Assembly (NCBI GenBank): GCA_947447995.1
Contig: CANFLQ010000002.1
Span: forward strand, 14,002 to 78,001
Reading direction: 5' to 3'
Origin: Bacteroidota bacterium
GTDB lineage: Bacteria > Bacteroidota > Bacteroidia > 2-12-FULL-35-15
Length of the DNA stretch: 64,000 bases
Of the stretch, positions 1-10,757 are shown one piece after another. The notes below the pieces were generated by a model. That model did no database searches. It saw nothing but the letters and a program-made list of their open reading frames with translations, and was not told the DNA's origin. The first letter of the stretch is position 1; each line of letters begins with the position of its first letter. Position numbers and translations under genes: made by a program.

Positions 1-690
1 TAACAGCTACCTACACGGTTACTGGAACTGCAGGTGGTTGTACTGCTATTGCTACTGCAACAATTACAGTAAATAACTCACCACAAATTAAGGTAAATTC
101 GCCTACAATATGTATAGGACAAAGTGCTATACTTAATGCAAGCGGAGGTAACAGTTATGTTTGGTCAACTGGTACATCAGCTAGTTCTATAACCGTAAGC
201 CCACTTGCAAGTACATCATATACTGTTTCCGATAATACAGCAGGTTGTGCAGGATCTGCAACTTCAACAATAACTGTTATTTTTACGCCTACAATAACAG
301 TTAATAAACCCACAGTTTGTGGCGGTAAACAAGCTATATTAACGGCTTCGGGTAATGCTGTAAGTTATTCATGGTCGGATGGCACTATAGGTAAATCATT
401 AACAGTATCCCCATTAACTACAACTACATATACCTTAACAGGTAGTACTTTGGGGTGTATAGCAACTATAACCGCAACTGTAACTACTTCGGCTTTGCCT
501 ATTATAAAAGCAACTGATACCATAATATGCGAAGGAAGAAACGCTCTTTTAACGGCTAAGGGGGCAAATTCTTATTTATGGTCTACTGGTGATAAAAATG
601 CAACAATTTCTGTAATACCATCCAAAACTACTATATACACTGTTACTGGTTATAGTGCAGCAGGTTGTTCTGCCAATAAAGATGTAAAAG
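1..690 (+). repeat. Diverged coding tandem repeats with a period of ~207-210 bp, at least 3.5 units.
   Basis: Conserved Cys codons lie at 111-113, 318-320 and 528-530 (spacings 207 and 210 bp). The repeat unit at the protein level is C.G..A.L.ASG...Y.WS.G......V.P...T.YTVT.....GC. Confidence 0.6.
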
Positions 691-1250
691 TAACAGTTAT
701 ACCTAAACCAAAAGCTGATTTTAGTTTTTCTCCGAATCCGGCAGGAATATTAAATCCTGTAATTTCATTTATAGATAAGTCATCTTTAGGTGTAAATTAT
801 TGGAGTTGGAATTTTGGTGATGGCACAACCATCGCTTCAAGTACAGCTAACCCTGTTCATACATATCCAGCAACAGATTCTAGTTATTTAGTAAGTTTGG
901 ATGTTCAAAATAAACAATTGTGTGCTGGTACAGTTAGTTATACAGTAAAAATAAGTCCAGATTTTACATTGTATATTCCAAGTGCCTTTACACCCAACGA
1001 TGATAAAATAAACGATGTATTTGGTGCAAAAGGAGGAGGTATACTAGAGTTTCAAATGTTGCTATTTGACCGTTGGGGTAATTTAATATATACTATTGAC
1101 GATATAAATAAAACATGGGATGGTAAAGTAAATGGTAAAGCAGATTTAGTAGAACAAGATGTTTATGTTTGGAAAGTAAGGCTTAAAGACATATTAAAAA
1201 AGGAGCATAATTATATAGGAAAAGTTACAGTTATGAGAGGGGACGAGTAA
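1..1250 (+). CDS. T9SS type-B cargo protein, 5'-partial. Contains tandem ~70-aa Cys-containing Ig-like repeats, then a PKD-like region, then a CHU_C / gliding-motility-associated C-terminal sorting domain.
   Basis: The frame is open from the window start, with codon phase starting at position 3. The listed ORF at 450 has a TTG start but the upstream sequence continues the same repeat protein. The C-terminus ...YIPSAFTPNDDKINDVFGAKGG...WDGKVNGK...DVYVWKV matches the T9SS type-B CTD family. Confidence 0.7.
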   Translation, partial: TATYTVTGTAGGCTAIATATITVNNSPQIKVNSPTICIGQSAILNASGGNSYVWSTGTSASSITVSPLASTSYTVSDNTAGCAGSATSTITVIFTPTITVNKPTVCGGKQAILTASGNAVSYSWSDGTIGKSLTVSPLTTTTYTLTGSTLGCIATITATVTTSALPIIKATDTIICEGRNALLTAKGANSYLWSTGDKNATISVIPSKTTIYTVTGYSAAGCSANKDVKVTVIPKPKADFSFSPNPAGILNPVISFIDKSSLGVNYWSWNFGDGTTIASSTANPVHTYPATDSSYLVSLDVQNKQLCAGTVSYTVKISPDFTLYIPSAFTPNDDKINDVFGAKGGGILEFQMLLFDRWGNLIYTIDDINKTWDGKVNGKADLVEQDVYVWKVRLKDILKKEHNYIGKVTVMRGDE

Positions 1251-1266
1251 GTTTAGCCTACGTATA

Positions 1267-1785
1267 TTATTCAATAAACCCCTCTAAGGTGTAAACTAAA
1301 TCATTAAGTAAAACAGCTTTTTCCGACGTGATATTTTTTTGAACTTCTTTCACTTTTTTTATCGCATTATTTAGCATGTCCTTTTCAAAAGGTCCTTCCA
1401 TAGTGGACATAACTGTCATGGCTTCTAATGAAACCAAGTAATCAGCATCAAGTGCAAGTAAAATAAAAAAAGGTAAATATTTGCTAAAATTAATCTCCGA
1501 TTCCCAACAAGCAGCAACCAATTGATGCCGGTTTTTATCAGCTTTAGGGCTAGCTATTGCTAACAATAATAAATCTCCGCCTTTCTCCTTTTTTAGATTG
1601 AGCAAAGTTGCTTCTTTAAAACTTTTATTAGCAGGGTCGGTTAAAAGGTTAATAATTTTGGAAATTTTATCTTCGGTTTTGATAAGCTTTCCCTCTTCTT
1701 CTTTTTCTTCTTCTTCAACCCCAATTATTTTAGTGATGTAATTTTTTGAGTCAAAATATTTTTTAAAATCTTCGTTGTTTTCCAT
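1267..1785 (-). CDS. Hypothetical protein with a Glu/Lys-rich N-terminus, possibly HEAT-like and helical.
   Basis: 172-aa ORF with an ATG start. I do not recognise a family. Confidence 0.4.
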   Translation of the reverse strand: MENNEDFKKYFDSKNYITKIIGVEEEEKEEEGKLIKTEDKISKIINLLTDPANKSFKEATLLNLKKEKGGDLLLLAIASPKADKNRHQLVAACWESEINFSKYLPFFILLALDADYLVSLEAMTVMSTMEGPFEKDMLNNAIKKVKEVQKNITSEKAVLLNDLVYTLEGFIE

Positions 1786-1897
1786 GTTGGTTTAATTTTA
1801 CGTACAAATATCTGAAATATAATTCATACCAAAAGTATATCTATATTAGGTACACAATGGTTTATTTTGTTTATTATTTGAAGAAAATGTATCAACT

Positions 1898-3115
1898 TTA
1901 AATCTCAGTTAATACATCTTGAATATTTTTAGAGCTTGGGTAAAACGATAATATTTTTTGCAATACAGCATCAATAACTGAGTCGGGGCAAGATGCTCCG
2001 CTTGTAAGGATAATATCTATAGGGGATTTTTTAGGTAAATAATTCTCTGTTGTTAAGCGTTCCTGCCTTATAAAATGATAATGATTGATACTGTTTTTGG
2101 ATTCTATTTCTATCTCCGATGAAATAAAATAAGTTGGTAATTTATGCTCACATAATTCAACAATATGGGAAGTGTTGGAGCTGTTGTATCCTCCAACAAC
2201 AATGGCTAAATCTGCATCATTTTTTAGTAAACCATAAGTAGATTCCTGATTTTCATTGGTAGCATAACATAATGTATCTCTGGTGTCGGCAAAGTGATTT
2301 TTTAATTCGGTTGCACCATATTTTTGTATCATTATGGATTTAAAATAATCGGAAATTTCTTGAGTTTCCGTAGCCAACATGGTTGTTTGGTTAATTACAC
2401 CAACTCGTTTTAAATGAATTTGAGGGTTAAAATGATCAGAATACTTTCCTTTGAAAACTTTTTCAAATTCATCCAAAGATATTGTCCCTAAAATAAATTC
2501 GCCCAAAACACGGGATTCAATAATGTCCATTACAATTATGGATGGTGCATTTTTTTCGCTTCTCGAAAAAGTTGCTCGCGTTTCTTCATGTTTATGCTTG
2601 CCATGAATGATGATGGTATAATCATCTTCTCCTAGTTTTTCTGCTTTTTTCCAAACCCTGTCTACAAACGGACAAGTGGTATTGTATTTATGAACTTGGA
2701 TTCCCATAGCTTCCAACTCCTGTTCTATTTTTAATGTAGTACCAAATGCAGGGATTATTACAATATCATCCTTTGTAAGAGCGCTGAATGGGATAATTTG
2801 GTTGCCCGAAGTATCCATTAAAAAGGTGACACCTCTTGAAAGAAGATCTTTATTTACATCCGGATTATGGATCATTTGACTTAAAAGAAAAATACGTTTG
2901 TCAGGATTTTCTTCAATTGCTTTGTAGGAAATTTCAATTGCATTTTCAACACCATAACAAAATCCAAAATGACGGGCAATGTAAAAACGTACAGGCCCAA
3001 AATCGAGTAAAGTAGGGCTGAAATCCTTTTTACGGGGATCCGACTTTTTTTGAATTTCTTTTACTTTTGAAATTACAGGACTTTTGTAAAAATCAGGGAT
3101 GTTAAAACTCTTCAT
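1898..3115 (-). CDS. ispH: 4-hydroxy-3-methylbut-2-enyl diphosphate reductase (IspH/LytB), long form.
   Basis: Three cluster-ligand Cys contexts are present: GFCYGVENAI, NTTCPFV and DTLCYATNENQ. The HNP and VINQTT motifs are also present. At 405 aa it has an N-terminal extension of roughly 45 aa plus insertions. Confidence 0.8.
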   Translation of the reverse strand: MKSFNIPDFYKSPVISKVKEIQKKSDPRKKDFSPTLLDFGPVRFYIARHFGFCYGVENAIEISYKAIEENPDKRIFLLSQMIHNPDVNKDLLSRGVTFLMDTSGNQIIPFSALTKDDIVIIPAFGTTLKIEQELEAMGIQVHKYNTTCPFVDRVWKKAEKLGEDDYTIIIHGKHKHEETRATFSRSEKNAPSIIVMDIIESRVLGEFILGTISLDEFEKVFKGKYSDHFNPQIHLKRVGVINQTTMLATETQEISDYFKSIMIQKYGATELKNHFADTRDTLCYATNENQESTYGLLKNDADLAIVVGGYNSSNTSHIVELCEHKLPTYFISSEIEIESKNSINHYHFIRQERLTTENYLPKKSPIDIILTSGASCPDSVIDAVLQKILSFYPSSKNIQDVLTEI

Positions 3116-3295
3116 TATTATGCAATTGATAATTAAGGCAAAATTACATTTTAGTTTTTATTTCTAAAGCATTTATTTTCTTTTAAATCCCTCAAATTCC
3201 GTTGTAAAACCAACTAAGTGTTATCAACAATCAACTGTGAATGTATTTGTACATCATTTAATTCAACCTTGTTTTTATTGAGTATTTTTGTTTTG

Positions 3296-4069
3296 ATGAA
3301 AACAAAGAAACCTTTAATATTGGTAACCAACGACGATGGCATTACAGCTCCTGGTATTGCTGCATTGGTTGAAGTAATGAAAACATTGGGCGACGTTGTT
3401 GTTGTTGCACCTGACAAAGCCCAATCAGGAATGGGACATGCCATTACTATCAATTCTACATTACGGATCAATAAGTCTAAAATCTATGATGTAAAGGACG
3501 AATATAGTTGTACAGGAACTCCGGTTGATTGTGTAAAATTTGCCGTTAATAAAATAATGGATCGTAAACCTGATTTATGTGTTTCGGGGATCAATCATGG
3601 TGCTAATATGTCCATTAATGTAATTTATTCCGGAACCATGTCGGCTGCTGTTGAAGGAGCCATTGAAAGTATACCATCTATTGGTTTTTCGCTTTTAGAT
3701 TACGCTATAGATGCTAATTTTACGGCTGCTAAAAAAGTTGTAAAAACGATTGCCGAAAAGGTATTAAAGAATGGCCTTCCTTTGGGAGTTTGTTTGAATG
3801 TAAATATTCCAAAATTAAAATACGATTTGATTAAAGGCATAAAAGTATGCCGCCAGGCAAGAGCAAATTGGGTAGAGGAATTTGATGAGCGAGTTGATCC
3901 TAGCGGACAGCCTTATTTTTGGCTTACAGGTAAATTTGATAATTACGATGCCGATAAAACAGATACAGATGTTTGGGCTTTGGAAAACAATTTTGTATCG
4001 GTAGTTCCCACTCAGTTTGATATGACAGCTCATAAGTCAATTAAAGAAATAGGCAGTTGGATTGTTTAA
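3296..4069 (+). CDS. surE: 5'/3'-nucleotidase SurE.
   Basis: ILVTNDDGITAPGI...VVAPDKAQSGMGHAIT. The listed ORF starts at 3218, but the internal ATG at 3296 (MKTKKPLILVTNDDG) is the likely true start. Confidence 0.85.
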   Translation: MKTKKPLILVTNDDGITAPGIAALVEVMKTLGDVVVVAPDKAQSGMGHAITINSTLRINKSKIYDVKDEYSCTGTPVDCVKFAVNKIMDRKPDLCVSGINHGANMSINVIYSGTMSAAVEGAIESIPSIGFSLLDYAIDANFTAAKKVVKTIAEKVLKNGLPLGVCLNVNIPKLKYDLIKGIKVCRQARANWVEEFDERVDPSGQPYFWLTGKFDNYDADKTDTDVWALENNFVSVVPTQFDMTAHKSIKEIGSWIV

Positions 4070-4153
4070 AAAAGTCATTAGTATATAGTCCGTAGTAAAG
4101 TGACTATCACTAAAGGGATTATTTAATGCTACTAATTTAAAGACTAATTACGA

Positions 4154-4450
4154 ATGAATAATGTAGATTTTGATAAAATATGGATTGGGTTTATCTTGGG
4201 ATTACTTTGCCCATTGCTATCATTAACTATTTATTATCAAGTAAATTTTTCATACATGACAATAAATGAGTTTATGAGATATGTTAAACTTGCTGATACG
4301 TTTACCGCTTTAATTTCATTATCTGTTTTGGTAAATTTAGCGGTCTTTTATCCTTTTATATGGAAGGAGAAATATGCTGGTGCTCGCGGTGTTTTGGGCG
4401 CCACGTTTTTATGGTCGGCCTTAGTTGTATTCTTAAAATTTGTTGTATAA
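4154..4450 (+). CDS. Small hydrophobic membrane protein, hypothetical.
   Basis: 98 aa with 3 predicted TM stretches. It sits between surE and lpxB in an operon-like arrangement. Confidence 0.4.
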   Translation: MNNVDFDKIWIGFILGLLCPLLSLTIYYQVNFSYMTINEFMRYVKLADTFTALISLSVLVNLAVFYPFIWKEKYAGARGVLGATFLWSALVVFLKFVV

Positions 4451-4458
4451 AATAATAA

Positions 4459-5565
4459 ATGAAGTATTATATTATAGCGGGAGAAGCATCGGGCGATTTA
4501 CACGCCTCTAACTTAATAAAAGAGTTAAAGGTTTTAGATACCAATGCTCAATTTCGTTGTTGGGGTGGCGATTTGATGACAGCTCAGGGAGCAGATTTAG
4601 TAAAGCATTATCGTGATTTGGCATTTATGGGTTTTACCGAAGTATTGATGAATTTACCCACCATTTTAAATAATATTAAGTTTTGTAAAAAAGATATTTT
4701 AGAACATAAACCGGATGTATTGATTCTTGTTGATTATCCAGGCTTTAATTTGCGAATTGCGGAGTACGCAAAGACCATAGGTATTAAGGTGTTTTATTAT
4801 ATATCCCCTCAAATATGGGCATGGAAACAATCACGTGTTCATAAAATAAAAAAAGTGGTGGATAAAATGTTTGTGATATTACCTTTTGAGAAAGAGTTTT
4901 ATCAACGATTTAACTATAATGTAGATTTTGTTGGCCATCCTTTGTTGGATGCTGTAGAAAATTATGCTGGTCAATCGAATCATTTATCAGTACAAACAAA
5001 TAAGCCCATTATAGCCTTGCTGCCCGGCAGCCGAAAACAAGAAATTACTAGTATGTTACCCATTATGTTATCAATGGTAAAGCACTATAAAAATTATCAA
5101 TTTGTAATTGCTGCGGCGCCATCACAAAAAAAAGAATTTTACCAAACATTTATTGGTGATTTGGATGTTCAACTTGTTTTTGGCGAAACCTATCAATTAT
5201 TACAAAAGTCGGAAGCCGCTTTGGTAACATCAGGTACAGCAACTTTAGAAACGGCTTTATTTGGCATACCCGAAGTGGTATGTTATAAAGGGGGAGCAAT
5301 TTCCTATGCTATTGCTAAACAGTTGGTTAAGGTTAAATATATTTCTTTAGTTAATTTAATTATGGACGAAGAAATAGTAAAGGAGCTGATACAAAATGAA
5401 TTGAATGAAAATAATTTAAAGATAGAGCTGGATAAATTATTAAATACTCAATCGAGAATTAAAATGCTGGCGCAGTATACCAAATTAAAAATGAAATTAG
5501 GTGGTTCTGGAGCTTCTGGAAAAACTGCCGAATTGATGATTAGTTATTTGAATATTAAAAATTGA
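4459..5565 (+). CDS. lpxB: Lipid-A-disaccharide synthase.
   Basis: N-terminus MKYYIIAGEASGDLHASNLIKEL, a GT19 signature. Confidence 0.85.
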   Translation: MKYYIIAGEASGDLHASNLIKELKVLDTNAQFRCWGGDLMTAQGADLVKHYRDLAFMGFTEVLMNLPTILNNIKFCKKDILEHKPDVLILVDYPGFNLRIAEYAKTIGIKVFYYISPQIWAWKQSRVHKIKKVVDKMFVILPFEKEFYQRFNYNVDFVGHPLLDAVENYAGQSNHLSVQTNKPIIALLPGSRKQEITSMLPIMLSMVKHYKNYQFVIAAAPSQKKEFYQTFIGDLDVQLVFGETYQLLQKSEAALVTSGTATLETALFGIPEVVCYKGGAISYAIAKQLVKVKYISLVNLIMDEEIVKELIQNELNENNLKIELDKLLNTQSRIKMLAQYTKLKMKLGGSGASGKTAELMISYLNIKN

Positions 5566-5578
5566 ATTTTTGTGAATA

Positions 5579-6751
5579 ATGAAAAAGAGATTTTTTTTAC
5601 TACTTGTATTCACTTTTGGATTTATGTATTGTATTAATGCAGGTATTGTAACTGTAAGGATATTAACTACTACCATTGTAAATACATTTATTTTTTCGCC
5701 ATTAAGTGGTAGTTACAATGTGTATGGCGATGGGGTTTTATTAGCAGATTGTGATCCTTCCGGAATATTTCAAATGAATGTAGAAGGAGATTCTATTTTA
5801 TTAAAAACATTTGAAAAAAATATGGGAAAATTTACAAACATTAAAATATTTGCAAAAGAACCAGCGTCGGCATTTAAAATAAAATCATTAGTACCCAATG
5901 GAAATGTTCGAGCTTATGACGATAATATTGAGATTTTTTTGAGTGCAGATAAAAAGCAATTTTTATTGATTAATAAAGTGGATTTGGAAGATTATATTGC
6001 AGGAGTAGTACAATCTGAAGCAGGAAAAAATACAGGTTTTGAATATTATAAATTGCAAGCTATTTTATGTCGTACTTATTTATTGGCACATCTTGGTCGT
6101 CATATAATGGAAGGTTATGAGGTTTGTGATGATGTCCATTGTCAGGCTTATTTGAGTAGATCAAATGAAGAAATAATTGTAAAATCGGTAGTTGATACTA
6201 AAGGATTAGTTGTAGTAGACAATGATTTAAATTTAATTACGGCTGCTTTTCATTCCAATTGTGGTGGAGAAACCTGCAATTCGCAAGATGTTTGGGCCAT
6301 GCCAACCTCTTATTTAAAATCTGTTAAAGATACTTTTTGTTTGCACAAATCACAGGCGCATTGGCAGCGAGTTATTTCTGTTGAAGATTGGAAATCCTAT
6401 TTACAACTCAAATATAAAAATTCAAATTTCGATACTAATAAAACGGATGAAGGAACAAGTTTTTCTCAAGCGAATGGCAGAGCAATTTATTATACAGATA
6501 AAAATAGTAAGATCCCACTAAAAACTATTCGTGCAGATTTTAAGTTAAAATCTACTTATTTTTCAATTCGGCAAGAAGGAAACTCAATAGTTTTTGATGG
6601 AAAGGGATATGGACATGGAGTAGGATTATGTCAGGAAGGAGCTATGAATATGTGTGGTTTAAAATATACCTATAAGGACGTTCTTCATTACTATTACAAG
6701 GACGTTAACTTGGTTGATCTTTCAGCATTAAATTATTTCAGGCAAGAGTAA
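5579..6751 (+). CDS. SpoIID/LytB domain-containing protein.
   Basis: Signal peptide; region FHSNCGGETCNSQDVW...GHGVGLCQEGAMNM is typical of the SpoIID/LytB amidase-enhancer family. Confidence 0.7.
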   Translation: MKKRFFLLLVFTFGFMYCINAGIVTVRILTTTIVNTFIFSPLSGSYNVYGDGVLLADCDPSGIFQMNVEGDSILLKTFEKNMGKFTNIKIFAKEPASAFKIKSLVPNGNVRAYDDNIEIFLSADKKQFLLINKVDLEDYIAGVVQSEAGKNTGFEYYKLQAILCRTYLLAHLGRHIMEGYEVCDDVHCQAYLSRSNEEIIVKSVVDTKGLVVVDNDLNLITAAFHSNCGGETCNSQDVWAMPTSYLKSVKDTFCLHKSQAHWQRVISVEDWKSYLQLKYKNSNFDTNKTDEGTSFSQANGRAIYYTDKNSKIPLKTIRADFKLKSTYFSIRQEGNSIVFDGKGYGHGVGLCQEGAMNMCGLKYTYKDVLHYYYKDVNLVDLSALNYFRQE

Positions 6752-6794
6752 ATTAGTTTACAGCCTCGTATCTATAACTTTCTTATCTGTATAA

Positions 6795-7730
6795 ATGTTT
6801 CCATTCAAAAAAAAACATTTCCTGCTTTTTATTTTTTGGTTCATTGCAGATCATACAATAACGGCGCAATCCGAATCCTTAGTTTCCGATACAATAAAAA
6901 ATACATTTAGCCAAAAACGCTTAGGAGTGTTAATAACAACCGAAGCCATTCTGTATTCAGGTAGTTTATCTGCATTAAATGAATTATGGTATAAAGATTT
7001 TGCCCATTCCTCTTTCCATTTATTTAATGATAATAATGAGTGGCTACAAATGGATAAAATGGGGCATTGTGTTACATCGTACAGCGTTGGTAAAGTAGGA
7101 ATAGGGTTAATGAAATGGAGTGGGGTAAAGCGTAAAAAAGCAATTTGGTATGGAGGTGTATTGGGCTCCATATTTTTAAATACAGTCGAAATTTTGGATG
7201 GCTTTTCATCCGGATGGGGTTTTTCTATTGGCGATTTATCAGCAAACACAGCAGGTTCATTAATAGTAATAGCACAAGAGTTGGCTTGGGATGAACAACG
7301 AATTGTTTTAAAATATTCGTTCCAACAAAGTGAATATTTTAAATATAATCCTAATTTGTTGGGCAAAAATTTGCAGCAAAATTTAATAAAAGACTATAAC
7401 GGACAAACGTATTGGTTATCGGTAAATTTGTATGCGTTTATGAACCAGCAAACTAAATTTCCTAAATGGCTAAACCTTGCTTTGGGTTATGGTGCAAACG
7501 GAATGGTGGGTGCAAGAACTAACCCTGCAATTATGGATGCAAGCAGTAATACCATTTATTTTGATCGTTACAGACAGTTTTATCTATCATTGGATATAGA
7601 TCTTACCCGAATAAAAACTAAATCAAATTTTTTAAAAACGGTATTCAATACTATTGGATTTATCAAATTTCCAGCTCCTGCATTGGAGTTTAATAAAAAT
7701 GGTGTAAAGGTATTGTTGTTGGGTTTTTAA
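6795..7730 (+). CDS. Hypothetical secreted/periplasmic protein.
   Basis: Signal peptide MFPFKKKHFLLFIFWFIADHTITAQ. 311 aa. No family recognised with confidence. Confidence 0.5.
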   Translation: MFPFKKKHFLLFIFWFIADHTITAQSESLVSDTIKNTFSQKRLGVLITTEAILYSGSLSALNELWYKDFAHSSFHLFNDNNEWLQMDKMGHCVTSYSVGKVGIGLMKWSGVKRKKAIWYGGVLGSIFLNTVEILDGFSSGWGFSIGDLSANTAGSLIVIAQELAWDEQRIVLKYSFQQSEYFKYNPNLLGKNLQQNLIKDYNGQTYWLSVNLYAFMNQQTKFPKWLNLALGYGANGMVGARTNPAIMDASSNTIYFDRYRQFYLSLDIDLTRIKTKSNFLKTVFNTIGFIKFPAPALEFNKNGVKVLLLGF

Positions 7731-7831
7731 GAAATTGAAAGTAATAGTTTAATCTTATTTTTTTCGATTAAATTTTTTTTGTGTTTTTAGATGCGGTGTA
7801 GGACTTAATTTTTACCCCTGCCCAATAAAAA

Positions 7832-7864
7832 GTCCCGTTAAGCATTAAGCTTAACGGGACTTTT
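7832..7864. terminator. Bidirectional intrinsic terminator between convergent genes.
   Basis: Perfect 12-bp inverted repeat GTCCCGTTAAGC/GCTTAACGGGAC with a 5-nt loop. It is flanked by an A-run and a T-run. Confidence 0.7.
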
Positions 7865-7877
7865 ACTACTTTAAAAA

Positions 7878-10415
7878 CTAGTTTTCTTCTTTCTTAGCTT
7901 TACCGTTTTTTGAAGCTTTTGGCTTATTAATCTTTATTTTTATTTCTTGTTTTTCTTTGTCAAAATTAACATCAATTATATCACCTTCAGTTAATGGAGA
8001 ACTTATAATTTCCTCTGCCAATGGATCTTCAAGATATTTTTGAATAGCCCTTTTTAATGGTCTTGCTCCAAATTCAACATCGTATCCTTTGTCCGAAATA
8101 AAATCTTTCGCATCTTCAGAAATTTTAATGGTATACCCTAAACCTTTGATTCTGCCATATAAACTATCCAATTCAATGTCGATAATTTTATGAATATCAT
8201 CACGGGTTAAAGAGTTGAAGATAACTACATCATCAATACGATTTAAAAACTCAGGAGCAAAAGCTTTTTTTAAAGCACTTTCAATAACACCTTTTGTATG
8301 GTCGGTTGCCGTTTCAACCTTAGCTGAAGTTGAAAACCCTACACCTTGCCCAAAGTCTTTTAACTGGCGAGCCCCAATGTTAGAAGTCATGATGATAATG
8401 GTATTTTTAAAATCAATTTTTCTACCTAAACTATCCGTCATTTGTCCATCATCCAATGCTTGTAACAATAAGTTAAATACATCGGGATGTGCTTTTTCTA
8501 TCTCATCTAATAATACAACTGAATAAGGGCGACGACGAACTTTTTCTGTTAATTGCCCACCTTCTTCATATCCAACATAACCTGGAGGCGCACCAATTAA
8601 ACGAGATACAGCAAATTTTTCCATATATTCACTCATGTCAATACGGATTAGCGCATCATCATTATCAAATAAATATTTAGATAATATCTTCGCTAATTGT
8701 GTTTTACCTACACCTGTAGGACCAAGAAATATAAATGAACCAATTGGTTTATTCGGATCTTTTAATCCAGCACGATTACGTTGAATAGCTTTAACAACTT
8801 TTTTAACAGCATCATCCTGACCAATAACCTTACCTTGCAAAAGTTCAGCCATTTTAATCAACTTATTACCTTCGTTTTGTGCTATACGTTGAACGGGTAC
8901 ACCTGTCATCATCGCTACAACTTCAGCAACATTGTCTTCAGTAACTACCTCGCGATGCGTTTTGCTTTCCTCTTCCCATAATTTTTTAGCAGTTTCAAGC
9001 TGTTCTAAAAGTTGACGTTCTGTGTCGCGCAATCTGGCAGCTTCTTCATATTTTTGAGAACGAACAACTTTGTTCTTTTCCTCTTTAATTTCTTCCAGTT
9101 TTTTCTCAATTTCCAAAATATTTTTTGGAACATTAATGTTGATGATGTGAACACGAGAACCAGCTTCATCTAAAGCGTCAATAGCTTTATCAGGCAAATG
9201 ACGATCAGAAATGTAACGCGCTGTTAAGGTTACGCACGCTTTAATAGCTTCATCCGTATAGGTTACATTGTGATGATCTTCGTACTTCGCTTTGATATTG
9301 TTTAAAATCTCAATAGTTTCTTCTGTTGAAGTAGGCTCTATGATTACTTTTTGGAAACGTCTTTCCAAAGCACCATCTTTTTCAATATATTGACGGTATT
9401 CATCTAAAGTTGTCGCACCAATACATTGTATCTCGCCACGAGCTAGAGCTGGTTTAAACATGTTGGATGCATCTAATGAGCCTGAAGCACCACCAGCACC
9501 AATAATAGTATGAATCTCATCGATAAACAAAATTACGTCAGGAGATTTTTCCAATTCGTTCATCACCGCTTTCATACGCTCTTCAAATTGTCCGCGGTAT
9601 TTAGTACCGGCAACTAAAGAGGCTAAATCTAACGTAACAACACGTTTACCAAACAATACGCGAGAAACTTTGCGTTGAACAATACGTAGCGCTAACCCCT
9701 CTGCAATAGCTGATTTACCTACACCTGGTTCACCAATTAGCATTGGATTGTTTTTCTTTCTACGTGATAATATTTGAGAAACGCGTTCAATTTCTTTTTC
9801 GCGTCCAACAATAGGATCTAATTTTCCATCTTCGGCAGCTTTGGTCAAATCTCTTCCAAAGTTATCCAATACAGGGGTTTTTGATTTACTATCAGTAACT
9901 TTTTTAGTGCTGCTGGCACTAAATTGATCATCATCCCCTTCATCTTCAGGAGGATTCCCGGGCATTTCAGCTCTTGGTTCCGATTTAGATACTTCAAATT
10001 CTCTTTTCATAGTTTCGTAATCAATTTTAAATTTTTGTAATGATTTTGTAGCAACATTGTCTTCATCTTTTAAAATAGATAAAATTAAATGTTCGGTACC
10101 AATAATAGCACTTTTAAATAATTTGGCTTCCAAATAGGTTATTTTTAAAGCTCTTTCAGCTTGTTTCATTAAAGGGATATTTGCCAAGTTACTCACCTTG
10201 TGATTTCCTGTTCCTATTGCTTGCTCAATTATTTTGCGTAATTCCTGTAGGTCAACGTGTAAGGATTTAAGCAAACGAACCGCAGTTCCTTCGCCTTCGC
10301 GGATAATTCCTAACAATAAATGTTCGGTTCCTATATAGTCGTGCCCCAACCGTAAAGCCTCTTCGCGACTGTAGGTAATCACATCCTTAACTCTGGGTGA
10401 AAATTTAGCTTCCAT
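7878..10415 (-). CDS. clpC: ATP-dependent Clp protease ATP-binding subunit ClpC (Hsp100 AAA+ family).
   Basis: Double Clp_N repeat, two Walker A sites ([16 protein letters not shown]), a short middle region carrying a UVR-like motif ([16 protein letters not shown]) and [12 protein letters not shown]. 845 aa. Confidence 0.9.
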   Translation of the reverse strand: MEAKFSPRVKDVITYSREEALRLGHDYIGTEHLLLGIIREGEGTAVRLLKSLHVDLQELRKIIEQAIGTGNHKVSNLANIPLMKQAERALKITYLEAKLFKSAIIGTEHLILSILKDEDNVATKSLQKFKIDYETMKREFEVSKSEPRAEMPGNPPEDEGDDDQFSASSTKKVTDSKSKTPVLDNFGRDLTKAAEDGKLDPIVGREKEIERVSQILSRRKKNNPMLIGEPGVGKSAIAEGLALRIVQRKVSRVLFGKRVVTLDLASLVAGTKYRGQFEERMKAVMNELEKSPDVILFIDEIHTIIGAGGASGSLDASNMFKPALARGEIQCIGATTLDEYRQYIEKDGALERRFQKVIIEPTSTEETIEILNNIKAKYEDHHNVTYTDEAIKACVTLTARYISDRHLPDKAIDALDEAGSRVHIININVPKNILEIEKKLEEIKEEKNKVVRSQKYEEAARLRDTERQLLEQLETAKKLWEEESKTHREVVTEDNVAEVVAMMTGVPVQRIAQNEGNKLIKMAELLQGKVIGQDDAVKKVVKAIQRNRAGLKDPNKPIGSFIFLGPTGVGKTQLAKILSKYLFDNDDALIRIDMSEYMEKFAVSRLIGAPPGYVGYEEGGQLTEKVRRRPYSVVLLDEIEKAHPDVFNLLLQALDDGQMTDSLGRKIDFKNTIIIMTSNIGARQLKDFGQGVGFSTSAKVETATDHTKGVIESALKKAFAPEFLNRIDDVVIFNSLTRDDIHKIIDIELDSLYGRIKGLGYTIKISEDAKDFISDKGYDVEFGARPLKRAIQKYLEDPLAEEIISSPLTEGDIIDVNFDKEKQEIKIKINKPKASKNGKAKKEEN

Positions 10416-10550
10416 AATAATCTGTATAAAGTTAATTCTTAATCGAAATAAACTGTTTTAAGTTTACAATACATCCAAAATAAGGTGTTTATGTTAATAA
10501 GTCAAAAGTACTTAGCTAATACTATACCGATTGGATAATGGGCTTTATAT

Positions 10551-10583
10551 TTATCAACAAAATAAATGTTAATATGTTGATAA
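10551..10583. promoter_or_regulatory. Inverted repeat TTATCAACA-N15-TGTTGATAA in the clpC/gyrA divergent intergenic region.
   Basis: Read directly from sequence. 9-bp perfect arms, with an inner CAACA/TGTTG pair. Confidence 0.3.
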
Positions 10584-10757
10584 TTTGAAGGCCTAATTCA
10601 ACAGTATTTATGTTTGATTAAGTACTTTCGAACTCCTTTAAACTGCATACGTTTTTATCAAATACTGTGCAATTTTATAATTTAATGACAATCTCGCATT
10701 GTTAGTACTGACAAAAGCAGGCATATATAACAAATTTAAATACAAAAAATAGAAATT

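Noticed and set aside
6851-7366. 171-aa antisense ORF inside the 6795-7730 gene. Similar antisense or embedded ORFs occur at 3214-3471, 3815-4033, 8215-8680, 8781-8981, 10875-11223, 12665-13033, 13423-13701, 31666-32012, 46272-46499, 51779-52138 and 52722-53237.
   Set aside because: They lie fully within, and opposite to, long well-supported genes (gyrA, clpC, ccoNO and others). They have no recognisable motifs and AT-rich codon usage typical of spurious ORFs.
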